Assembly (NCBI GenBank): GCA_963842945.1
Contig: CAWJIM010000021.1
Coordinates: 1-64,000, forward strand
From: an uncultured Gemmatimonadales bacterium
GTDB lineage: Bacteria; Gemmatimonadota; Gemmatimonadetes; Gemmatimonadales; GWC2-71-9
Direction of reading: 5' to 3'
DNA: 64,000 nt
Shown here: positions 55,713 through 64,000 of the stretch, in pieces
How the letters are laid out: the number at the start of each line of letters is the position of its first letter
How positions within the stretch are numbered: position 1 is the first letter of the stretch
Position numbers and translations under genes: made by a program
The notes under the pieces: generated by a model
Database searches by the model: none
What the model was told of the DNA's origin: nothing
Seen by the model: only the letters and a program-made list of their open reading frames with translations

Positions 55713-55934
55713 ATGCCCAATGAGCGTGAGGCCCGCCTTAAGCGGGAATTCGTGAGACTGTATCCCGGGCTCAAACCCGGCGTTTGGTACAACGCCGCCT
55801 GGTTGTCGGCCCGCCAGTTCGCCCGAATGCCATGCGACGGCCGAGCCGAGTCCATGGCGTCCGTGGTAAACGAGCAGCATTTCGAGTTCCGGGGCGGAAA
55901 GCCCTGGCGCAAGCCAAGGGCCCGCCAGCGATAG
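55713..55934 (+). CDS. Small hypothetical protein
   Basis: REARLKREFVRLYPGLKPGVW...HFEFRGG; protein-like composition. Confidence 0.6.
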   Translation: MPNEREARLKREFVRLYPGLKPGVWYNAAWLSARQFARMPCDGRAESMASVVNEQHFEFRGGKPWRKPRARQR

Positions 55935-56142
55935 ATCCCACCTCATAGCCGGGAACCTACGCCCGGCTCCATCTGTTTGGCCCATCTTCGGCTCGGCTAG
56001 TCCACCCTGTGGTCGCTATCACAGCAGTGGTGCGGCCGCCCACTAAAATGCTCTGATCGAAAAGGGTGGGCAGGGCCTGCAACTTGGGGCCGCTTTCAGG
56101 TTCCTCCGGGTGACTCTGACCCGAGCAGTTATAGATAGGCCT

Positions 56143-57606
56143 ATGAGTTACTTGCGCTTCCTCCATCGATCCCTGGCGCCGATCGGCGCCACTGCCGCGC
56201 TCGCCTGCGGCGGAGAGGACCTTGTCCTTCCCACCGACGGCTCTCCGAGCTCTCCGGCCGCGCTCCAGATGGTCACTGGAGATGGCCAGGTCGGAGCTCC
56301 GGGATCGGCCCTGTCTCAGCCGGTAGTCGTCAAGCTCCTGGATCAGAACGGCAATCCAATGGCCCGCCAGCCGGTGGCGTGGGTGATCAGTACCGGCCGG
56401 GGGACAGTGGTGCCTCAGAGTCCCACCACCGACCAGAACGGGATGGCCTCGGCCACCTGGACGCTGGGGTCCGAAGGGCCCAACAGCTTGAACGCGGTGG
56501 TGAGCGGGATCGATCCCGTCACCTTCAACGCAACCGCCGACAACGGCGGCGGCGATGACAGCGGCTCCGGTGGCGGCGGAGGCTCGGGTGGAGGGGGCGG
56601 GACGGGCACCATACCGAGCGCCGGAACGTCAACTGTCTCGGCCGACCCGTCCTCAATCGAGGTGGGGAATGGCGTTGCGACCATCCGGGTGACGGTGCGA
56701 GATGCTACCGGAGCTCCTGTGCCCGGCGCAATCGTCACCCTGACGGCCAGCGGCAGCGGAAACACGCTGACGCAGCCGAAAGACCCGACCGGCCCCGACG
56801 GTGTGGCGATCGGCAAGCTCAAGTCGAGCGTCGCCGGTACCAAGGACATCATCGCCGTGGTCAATGGCAGCCTCCAGATCAACCAGACTGCCCAGATCAC
56901 GGTGTCGACCGCCCCGGCAAGCCGGGTCCAGATGGTCGCGGGCGACAATCAGCGTGCGCAGCCCGGTGCCGAAGTTCCGGTGGGTCCCGCGGTACGGGTC
57001 CTCGACACCGCCGGCAATCCGGTGGTAGGGTACGAGGTGACGTTCGTCGTGGGTGAGGGTGGTGGCACCGTGACTGGTGGCATTCAGACGACGAACGCCG
57101 AGGGTATTGCCCGGGTGGACAGCTGGATTCTGGGCAGCGCGGGACGGAACACGCTGGAGGCGCGGGCCGGCTCGCTCCAGGGAAGCCCGGTGGTCTTCAC
57201 GGCAACCGCGGTGGCTCCACCACCACCGCCGCCACCACCACCTCCCCCACCGCCACCGTCGTCGGCCAAGCCGGACCATTTCGTCTTCCGGGTCCCGCCG
57301 CAGGACGTAAACCGGAACCAGCCGTTCAGGGTCGAGGTGGCCATTGTAGACGTGAACGGAAACGTCGTTCCGTTGAATGGGATCGAGATCTACGTCGGGT
57401 TGTTCCGGGAGGGCAGCGACGCGCCGGTCAATACGGTATTGCTGGGCGACCGCTTCAGGGACACGCAGAGCGGGATTGCGGTGTTTAATCTGAGCATCAC
57501 TGACACCGGACGATATCGGATGCGGGGACTGTCGGATGAGCTGCCGGAGCTTGGCCCTCACGGTCCTGAGCCGTGGCTCTACAGCGGTCTGTTCGAAGTG
57601 AGATAG
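56143..57606 (+). CDS. Bacterial Ig-like (Big_1/invasin-type) repeat lipoprotein
   Basis: Lipobox LAC; repeated GD.Q...V.V.D..GNP...V.F modules; Gly-rich and poly-Pro linkers. Confidence 0.85.
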   Translation: MSYLRFLHRSLAPIGATAALACGGEDLVLPTDGSPSSPAALQMVTGDGQVGAPGSALSQPVVVKLLDQNGNPMARQPVAWVISTGRGTVVPQSPTTDQNGMASATWTLGSEGPNSLNAVVSGIDPVTFNATADNGGGDDSGSGGGGGSGGGGGTGTIPSAGTSTVSADPSSIEVGNGVATIRVTVRDATGAPVPGAIVTLTASGSGNTLTQPKDPTGPDGVAIGKLKSSVAGTKDIIAVVNGSLQINQTAQITVSTAPASRVQMVAGDNQRAQPGAEVPVGPAVRVLDTAGNPVVGYEVTFVVGEGGGTVTGGIQTTNAEGIARVDSWILGSAGRNTLEARAGSLQGSPVVFTATAVAPPPPPPPPPPPPPPSSAKPDHFVFRVPPQDVNRNQPFRVEVAIVDVNGNVVPLNGIEIYVGLFREGSDAPVNTVLLGDRFRDTQSGIAVFNLSITDTGRYRMRGLSDELPELGPHGPEPWLYSGLFEVR

Positions 57607-58081
57607 GCTGGTAGGCGTTTCCGAAAGAACCACGAGCCCGGGCGTCCACCGTCCGGGACGGTAATGCGCTGCGTCTCGGGCACCTGGAAGCCGCGGTCTT
57701 CGGTAGCATTCACGATCCTTTCACGACTCGGTCCTATCCTAGACGCGTGTCCGTTGTCTTGAGGGACGTGGCTCGACACGCCTTCGTACTCCTCCGATTT
57801 CGAGGATGCACCCGACACGCTCGTCGGATGTGCCACCAAGAATTCGGAGGTTGAACATGTGGACGATTCTTTCCCCAGGAGCCCTGCTCACGCTTAGCCT
57901 CGCCAGTTGTTCGACCTCGTCGAACTCAGTTTCTGGACCGGACATAGAAACAGATCGCGTGCAGGAGCCGACTGCACCGTGTGAACCTCCTAAGTATCGA
58001 CCTTGGTCGGGGACCTGGTTCAGCTCGCGCGTGATGTCATCCACCACTGGGTGCCCCCCGGTCAGCCCGTCGCCGTAACCC

Positions 58082-59017
58082 ATGCAATTGCAACCCTCGC
58101 CTGCGGCAACGCCGCCTAGATCACGACTCCTGGGGCTCGTACGCCTCGCTTTCGCCGATCAATACCAGGTAGATCGTGAGATCGGCCGCGGTGGCGATTC
58201 CCGAACCTTTCTCGCAGTTGATGGGGAAGGACAGAAGCTCGCGCTCAAGATCCTCCATCCCGAGGTCATCGAGAGTGTGGCTGCTGACCGGTTCTTGCGC
58301 GAGATCAGGATGACATCACAACTGAACCACCCCCACATTGCTCGCCTGCTCGATTCCGGTGAGCGGGATTGGCTGGTCTACCTCGTCACGGCCTTTATTG
58401 ACGGGCCGAGCCTCCGGGAGGTGCTCGGCCGCAGCCCGCAGCTCAGCATAGCCGACACGCTTCGGATCGGGCGCGAGCTTCTCGACGCGCTCGACCATGC
58501 CCACCAGGTCGGGATTGTGCATCGGGATGTCAAGCCGGAGAACGTCCTCATTTCAACTGATCGCGGCGCCGTTCTGCTTGACTTTGGAATCGCCCGGGCA
58601 ATCATCAGCTCAGGTACCGACGCGATCACCCGCACCGGTATTACCGTGGGTAGCTCGGCCTATATGAGCCCCGAGCAGATCAACGCGGAAAAGGATATCG
58701 ATGGTCGAAGTGATCTCTATTCTCTCGGCTGCGTGCTCTTCGAGTGCCTTGCGGGGAGACCGCCGTTCGTCTGGCGCAAGGAGGTAGTGGTCCTCCAGCT
58801 CCACCTCACGGAGCCCGTGCCGGACGTGCGGACCTTTAGGCCCGACGTGCCAGCCGATCTCGCGGAGGCTATTAATAGAGCGCTCGCAAAGCTGCGGAGA
58901 GAGCGCTGGCAATCCGCGGACGAAATGGCGAGCTTCCTGAATGGCGGTCAGCCCGCTGAGCAGTTGGTCGCCGGTAAGCAGTCTGTTGAGCCGTTAGTTA
59001 CCCCATACACCCTCTAA
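58082..59017 (+). CDS. Hanks-type Ser/Thr protein kinase
   Basis: IGRGG, ALK, RFLRE, HRDVKPEN, DFG, YMSPEQ, DLYSLG. Confidence 0.93.
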   Translation: MQLQPSPAATPPRSRLLGLVRLAFADQYQVDREIGRGGDSRTFLAVDGEGQKLALKILHPEVIESVAADRFLREIRMTSQLNHPHIARLLDSGERDWLVYLVTAFIDGPSLREVLGRSPQLSIADTLRIGRELLDALDHAHQVGIVHRDVKPENVLISTDRGAVLLDFGIARAIISSGTDAITRTGITVGSSAYMSPEQINAEKDIDGRSDLYSLGCVLFECLAGRPPFVWRKEVVVLQLHLTEPVPDVRTFRPDVPADLAEAINRALAKLRRERWQSADEMASFLNGGQPAEQLVAGKQSVEPLVTPYTL

Positions 59018-59191
59018 CAGCACTGCATTATCGCGGATCAAGGATCCCAGGTATCCCTGCTGCAAGGCCCGAACGGCCCGGGCCAAGTCTGGGGAAGAGT
59101 TCTATCGCAGGCTTTTGGAATCGCACGGGCGGATCTTAGCTGCGGCGCTTCGACACCCGCCTACCACGCCATGGCAGGAAGGGAAATCTTT

Positions 59192-59518
59192 ATGTCGTCA
59201 ATTCAATCAAAGTTGCAAGCCGAGAACTGGCTCGCGAAACGACTCGGGCAGGAAGGACCTGGTCTCTGGACCGATCGGGAGCGCGAGGAGCTTGCTGCGA
59301 AGCTGGCGCAGGACTACCGACCTCAGGGACCCGAATGGCGGGTGAAGCCATGGACGCCGGACCCCCAAGAAATTTCCGTCCATGTGGTGACCCGCGGGGG
59401 CACTTTCGGGATTCATACAAGCGACGACCGCGAGAAAGCCCGCGAGAAAGCCGAGGCGATCATGCGAGCGCTCAACGCCTTAGATGCCGAGATGAGGAAC
59501 AAAACTCAGTCGGTCTAA
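59192..59518 (+). CDS. Hypothetical protein
   Basis: Purine-rich SD-like sequence before ATG 59192; 108 aa; no recognisable motif. Confidence 0.55.
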   Translation: MSSIQSKLQAENWLAKRLGQEGPGLWTDREREELAAKLAQDYRPQGPEWRVKPWTPDPQEISVHVVTRGGTFGIHTSDDREKAREKAEAIMRALNALDAEMRNKTQSV

Positions 59519-59782
59519 ATTGTCGCCGCTGTCGCCGTTCGGGGTCTCAGGATGCCTCAACCAATTTGCATCGGCTTCGTGAGACTTCGGGCTCAGCTGC
59601 TCAGACGCCCGTAAGTACTGACCTAACGATAGGGAGTTTGACGAGGGGCAGCAGCCGCCCCGCACTGGCCGCTTCGCCCCGTAACCGCAGTAACCTTCAG
59701 TACCCGCTTCGCTCGCTACTTCCTGCTACTTTTACTAGAGCCAAAAGCGGCCCATTTTTGGCCCGTCTCAGCCCGCGTAGGA

Positions 59783-59821
59783 CAAAAAGAAGGAGTTAGC
59801 CAAAACTGGTCTAACTCCTTC
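59783..59821 (-). terminator. Rho-independent terminator of tRNA-Asn
   Basis: Perfect 11-bp stem gaaggagttag / ctaactccttc, followed by TTTTT on the minus strand. Confidence 0.8.
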
Positions 59822-59852
59822 CAAAACAAGCCAACCTGTTGTTTTACTAAAG

Positions 59853-59925
59853 CTCCCGAGGAGGGACTCGAACCCCCGACCCGGTGATTAACAGTCACCT
59901 GCTCTACCAACTGAGCTACTCGGGA
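59853..59925 (-). tRNA. tRNA-Asn (anticodon GTT), CCA not encoded
   Basis: TCCCGAGTAGCTCAGTTGGTAGAGCAGGTGACTGTTAATCACCGGGTCGGGGGTTCGAGTCCCTCCTCGGGAG cloverleaf. Confidence 0.97.
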
Positions 59926-60017
59926 AAACTGATTTTTACAGCGGACGGAATCTCGCCAGAGGTCCCGGAAGGGTCAAGCAGCATTACCCCGATCGAGAAC
60001 CTTCCGGCTCAACTGAA

Positions 60018-60239
60018 TCACCGATCATTCGCAACCGAGTCGAGCCGCGCATTCCGTGCGGCCGCCGAGTCATCGGCCCTCAGCGCTCCCCTGACACCCT
60101 GGGCTCCGGGAAGGTTCGATGCGCCGAGCGCGCTGTCACGCGCCCGCTGTGACCCGGCGTCTCGGGATGGCGAAGGATGGGAAGAACAGCCGATCATCAG
60201 CAGCAGACCGATCCAGAGCCAGCGCGGGGCAGCGGCCAT
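60018..60239 (-). CDS. Small hypothetical lipoprotein
   Basis: MAAAPRWLWIGLLLMIGC lipobox; 73 aa. Confidence 0.7.
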   Translation of the reverse strand: MAAAPRWLWIGLLLMIGCSSHPSPSRDAGSQRARDSALGASNLPGAQGVRGALRADDSAAARNARLDSVANDR

Positions 60240-60573
60240 GAGAATTCCACGAAAAGGGGTGTTCGAATTTAGCTTCCCCAATGCTAGCATCTGCGCCGCC
60301 TGGTGAGCGGAGTTACAGTAGGAATTGCCCGTGCCATGGTAACTTCTTCGGGTACCGCCCGAAAACCCGGTCAGCCCATAACGACTTGTTTCTCACGTAA
60401 GTGGATCGTCAGAGAACGTTGTCAAGTGGAGTATTGCCGCTGAGCAGCCCCCAAAAGTTGGCCAGTATTTTGTTGACATCGACCGGTGCGGGACTGCATT
60501 CTAACTCATTGCCTTTTCAAATGTTACAGAAATGATACTACTGTTTTTCCCAATCCGGCTTACCTTCTAGCCA

Positions 60574-61665
60574 ATGGCCCTTCCTCCACTGATTGGGCAC
60601 GCGGGTCTCCGGACTCGCCTGGCTCAGGCAGTAGCAAAGGGCAGCCTGCCCCAGGTCATCTTGCTGACCGGGCCGGCCGGAGTGGGTAAGCAGCGGCTCG
60701 CGTTGTGGCTCGCACAGCTGGTGTTTTGTGAGCGACGAGGAAACGAGCCCTGCGGGGAGTGCCGGGGCTGCCGCCTGGTAGCGTCGCTCTCCCATCCCGA
60801 TCTGCATTGGTTCGTCCCGATCCCGAGGCCCAAGGTCTCGGATCCGGACAAGCAGGTTGAGGAAGCAGCCCAGGCTCTGGCCCAGGCCCTCGATGATAGA
60901 CGTACGCAGCCGCTCTACCCCGAGAGCGACGGAATGGCGAGCCACGGTATCGCGATGGTTCGCCTGCTCCAGCGCCGCGCGGCGCTCACGTCGGTAGAAG
61001 GTGGCAGCCGGGTCTTCATCATCGGAGAAGCCGACCGGCTGGTGGCTCAGGAAGCGAGCCCCGAAGCGGCGAACGCACTGCTGAAGCTGCTGGAGGAGCC
61101 GCCGCCGGGAAGTCTCTTCCTGTTGACCACGGTTGAGCCCCGCCGGCTGCTCCCGACGATTCGATCGCGGGCGGTGGCCCTCCGGCTCAACCGGTTGAGC
61201 GACGACGAGGTGAGGGGGTTTCTGGAAACCTCCGTCCGGCCCAAGCCGTCCGCAGGAGAGTTGGAACAGCGGGTGACGGCGGCGGAAGGGTCCATCGGAA
61301 GGGCGCTGGGAGGCGGATCGGCGGCAACGAAAGCCCGGGATGCTGCTCATCAGTTGCTCCAGGCAGTATTAGCGGGACCGGGACCGGCGCTGGAGCGGGC
61401 GCTCAATCAGCCGCCCTGGTCCGCTCGAGGCGAGTTCACCGCCATGCTGGACGCTCTGGCTGAGACCCTGGGAGACGCAGCCCGAGGTGCGGTGGGACAG
61501 GTCCCCCGCCGGCCGCTGCCCCAGTCCCTGTTGCGCCGCGGCGGTCCCGAGCCGATGCTGAAGGCGCTGGAACATGTGGCCGACGCGCGAGAAGCAGCCT
61601 GGGGTAACGTCAACCCGCAGATTCTTCTGGCGGTCCTGGGCCGGGAACTGGCGGAGGTGCTGTGA
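60574..61665 (+). CDS. holB: DNA polymerase III delta-prime subunit
   Basis: GPAGVGK, C...PCGECRGC, HPDLH, AANALLKLLEEPP, LLPTIRSR. Confidence 0.9.
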   Translation: MALPPLIGHAGLRTRLAQAVAKGSLPQVILLTGPAGVGKQRLALWLAQLVFCERRGNEPCGECRGCRLVASLSHPDLHWFVPIPRPKVSDPDKQVEEAAQALAQALDDRRTQPLYPESDGMASHGIAMVRLLQRRAALTSVEGGSRVFIIGEADRLVAQEASPEAANALLKLLEEPPPGSLFLLTTVEPRRLLPTIRSRAVALRLNRLSDDEVRGFLETSVRPKPSAGELEQRVTAAEGSIGRALGGGSAATKARDAAHQLLQAVLAGPGPALERALNQPPWSARGEFTAMLDALAETLGDAARGAVGQVPRRPLPQSLLRRGGPEPMLKALEHVADAREAAWGNVNPQILLAVLGRELAEVL

Positions 61666-62141
61666 AGCTCACGCACCTGGACGAGCTGGGCCGGGCCCGC
61701 ATGGTAGATGTCGGGGACAAGCCGGTATCCGAGCGCACCGCGGTGGCGGAGGGGGCAGTGAGGATGTCCCGCGAGGCGTTCGAGCAGGTGGCGGCGCAGG
61801 CGGTGGCCAAGGGAGACGTGCTCGCCGTTGCCGAAGTGGCTGGGACCATGGGCGGGAAGCGCGCGGGTGAGCTGATTCCGCTGTGCCATCCGCTCGGTCT
61901 CGATCTGATCCAGGTCGAAGCTCGGTTGGAACCGGAGCTGCCGGGAGTGCGGGTCACGGCGCTGGCAAAGGCCACCGGGAAAACCGGAGTAGAGATGGAA
62001 GCGTTGACCGCGGTTGCAGTGGCATGTTTGACGGTGTACGACATGGTGAAGGCCATCGACCGGGGAATGACTATCGAGGAGGTCCGGTTGGTGAGCAAGA
62101 CGGGTGGAACCCGGGGAGATTGGCGCCGAACCGCAGGGTAA
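61662..62141 (+). CDS. moaC: Cyclic pyranopterin monophosphate synthase
   Basis: LTHLDELGRARMVDV, KGDVL, LIPLCHPL, TGVEMEAL, YDMVKAIDR, KTGG. Confidence 0.97.
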   Translation: MKLTHLDELGRARMVDVGDKPVSERTAVAEGAVRMSREAFEQVAAQAVAKGDVLAVAEVAGTMGGKRAGELIPLCHPLGLDLIQVEARLEPELPGVRVTALAKATGKTGVEMEALTAVAVACLTVYDMVKAIDRGMTIEEVRLVSKTGGTRGDWRRTAG

Positions 62142-62174
62142 GGACGGGCTTCTCACAAAGGAAAGGGGTAACGC

Positions 62175-62873
62175 GTGGCGAGACCCATCGATTACGGCGA
62201 ACCGAAGCCGATGACCGCGGAGCGTATCCTGCTCCGGGGTGGCGTTCTCCTGGCTGCCGCTTTGGGAATCGGCGCGCTGGGCGGCTGGAACAAGGCGGTT
62301 CGGGCCGCGAGCGATCACGCTGCCCTTCCCGACGTGGGGATTGTCGCTCGCGAGTTGGGAAGCCTGAGCGACCAGCTCGAGGCGGCCAAGGGCGAAGCCA
62401 CCGTGATCAAGCTTCAGCTCGAGCGGGCCAACACCATCCTCGACAACTCTACCCGCTATCAGATTCCCGCCGATCTCTCGGCGGCCATTTACGACATTGC
62501 CCTGAGCGAGGGAATCGACCCCTCACTGGGATACCAGCTGGTCAAGATCGAGAGTCAGTTCAACCGGCAGGCCAAGAGCAACATGCGGGCATACGGCTAC
62601 ACCCAGCTTCAGGTGGAGACCGCCCGGTTCTACCAGCCGAATATCAAGGAGAAGGATCTCTACGATCGGGATACCAATCTGCGGCTGGGATTCCGGTTCC
62701 TCAACGAGCTGCTGGCCCGGTTCCAGTACGACGTACATCTGGCACTCCTGGCCTACAACCGGGGACCGAAGCGGGTAGATCAGATCCTGGCGCAGGGTGG
62801 CAACCCCGCTAACGGCTACTCCGACGCGGTGCTGAAGGGCTATCGGCCGATCGGCTCCCCCAGCACCCGTTAG
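62175..62873 (+). CDS. SLT-domain lytic transglycosylase with TM helix and coiled coil
   Basis: KIESQF catalytic Glu, GYTQL, NLRLG, ALLAYNRGP. Confidence 0.88.
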   Translation: MARPIDYGEPKPMTAERILLRGGVLLAAALGIGALGGWNKAVRAASDHAALPDVGIVARELGSLSDQLEAAKGEATVIKLQLERANTILDNSTRYQIPADLSAAIYDIALSEGIDPSLGYQLVKIESQFNRQAKSNMRAYGYTQLQVETARFYQPNIKEKDLYDRDTNLRLGFRFLNELLARFQYDVHLALLAYNRGPKRVDQILAQGGNPANGYSDAVLKGYRPIGSPSTR

Positions 62874-64000
62874 CTCGGGATCTTGAGGGCCACGCCCGCC
62901 CGCAAGGTGGCGTGGTCGCTCATCCCATTCGCTCTCCTGAGGGCCTGGATCGAGACTCCGTAACGTCTCGACAGGCCCTCGAGAGTTTCCCCCCGCTGAA
63001 CCATATGGGTCCGCGACCGGGCATCCACTGCCCCGGAGGGCGCCGGAATTGGATTCGGGGCGTCGGGTGAGACCACCCGAAGCTTCTGCCCGATCCGGAT
63101 CCGGCCGCTCCCGTCGAGTTTATTCCAGGTGCGCAGCTCGCGCTGAGTCACTCCATACTCGTCCGCGATCTCTGAGATGGTCTCTCCCCGCCGCACCCGG
63201 TGGAACGTAGAGGTGCTGGTGCCGGCCGCGACCACGGCCTCTGCCATCCGGCGCGCCACCCGGGTCGAGGGGACGCCACCGGTGGGCACCACTACCCGTT
63301 GCCCAATTCGGACTCGCCGTGGATTGAGTTTGGGATTGGCCGCGAGCAGCATGGCCTGGTTTACATGATACCGCCGGGCGATGTGTCCCAGAGTCTCGCC
63401 CCGGGCCATGAAGTGCTCGATGAAGGTGACGCGCTGGCGCGGGGGCAACACCGCGTAAGCCGTCACCGTGCCCTCTCCGCGCCCAGCCGGCAGGCGCACG
63501 ACGGAACGGGTGCCCGGTGGGGTGGTGAGCCGGAGATACTGCGGATTGAGCTCCCGAACCGCGGCGACGGTGGTGTCGGCCAGACGGGCGATCACATCGA
63601 GCCCGGTCATGTCGGGAACCACGATCGAGTCATACGCCGCAGGTTCTGCCGGGGCGACGCGGAAGCCGTAGCGTCTGGGTTGCTTGGCGATGAGGGCGGC
63701 GGCAATCAGCTTGGGAACGTAGTCCTTGGTTTCCCGGCGGAGCAGCTTGGTATCATAGAGCCGGAAGAAGGTCGCGTCGGAGTTGACCGAGTCGCTCTCC
63801 TCATCGGGGAGCCGGATGATTCCGCGTGACACCTTGCCCGAGCCGGCATTGTACGCGGCGGCCGCGAGGTAGAGCGAGCCGAAGCGCCGGTTCAGATCGG
63901 CCAGATGCCGAACCGCCGCGTCGGTGGCCTTGTACGGATCGCGCCGCTCATCCACCCAGGAATCCACCCGCAGCCCGTAGCCCTTTGCGGTGCGCTTCAT
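62870..64000 (-). CDS. MltD-like lytic transglycosylase with LysM repeats (5' end beyond the window)
   Basis: VDERRDP, AAAYNAG, ETKDYVPKL, LNP, three C-terminal LysM repeats. Confidence 0.92.
   Translation of the reverse strand: MKRTAKGYGLRVDSWVDERRDPYKATDAAVRHLADLNRRFGSLYLAAAAYNAGSGKVSRGIIRLPDEESDSVNSDATFFRLYDTKLLRRETKDYVPKLIAAALIAKQPRRYGFRVAPAEPAAYDSIVVPDMTGLDVIARLADTTVAAVRELNPQYLRLTTPPGTRSVVRLPAGRGEGTVTAYAVLPPRQRVTFIEHFMARGETLGHIARRYHVNQAMLLAANPKLNPRRVRIGQRVVVPTGGVPSTRVARRMAEAVVAAGTSTSTFHRVRRGETISEIADEYGVTQRELRTWNKLDGSGRIRIGQKLRVVSPDAPNPIPAPSGAVDARSRTHMVQRGETLEGLSRRYGVSIQALRRANGMSDHATLRAGVALKIPS

Noticed and set aside
57214..57260. CCA/CCG repeat as a member of the hairpin family
   Set aside because: It encodes a poly-proline linker with varied codons and has no complementary arm.
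57579..58083. Short ORFs between the Ig-like gene and the kinase
   Set aside because: No motif, SD or convincing codon bias; several conflicting frames.
60300..60573. oriC or dif site
   Set aside because: No TTATCCACA-type DnaA boxes and no XerC/XerD dif consensus recognised.

Overview
GC-rich bacterial chromosomal window. Gene content and style suggest Gemmatimonadota, but this is an inference and was not verified. It is mostly housekeeping genes: typA, CDF transporter, hisD, pdxA, two PPIases, mfd, lepA, ftsE/ftsX/envC-like, nfo, pckA, uvrA, holB, moaC and two lytic transglycosylases, plus stand-alone tRNA-Ile(GAT) and tRNA-Asn(GTT). About 20 genes between 1.9 and 45 kb are broken by single-base frameshifts, most likely uncorrected long-read indels; none were seen after about 45.3 kb. 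The most striking unexplained structure is a set of about 14 tandem-repeat hairpin elements: a G-rich arm of 7-, 8- or 9-mer tandem units, a variable loop, then a C-rich reverse-complementary arm. They sit at start/stop junctions of housekeeping genes, donate low-complexity peptides to protein termini, and occur inside mfd and a PfkB kinase. Other points of interest are a decayed copy of the tRNA-Ile 3' end plus terminator, a translationally coupled STAS-HATPase / STAS-wHTH pair, an extremely acidic small protein behind typA, apparent leaderless promoters and several unannotated small ORFs. No CRISPR array, rRNA, transposase or integrase was found.
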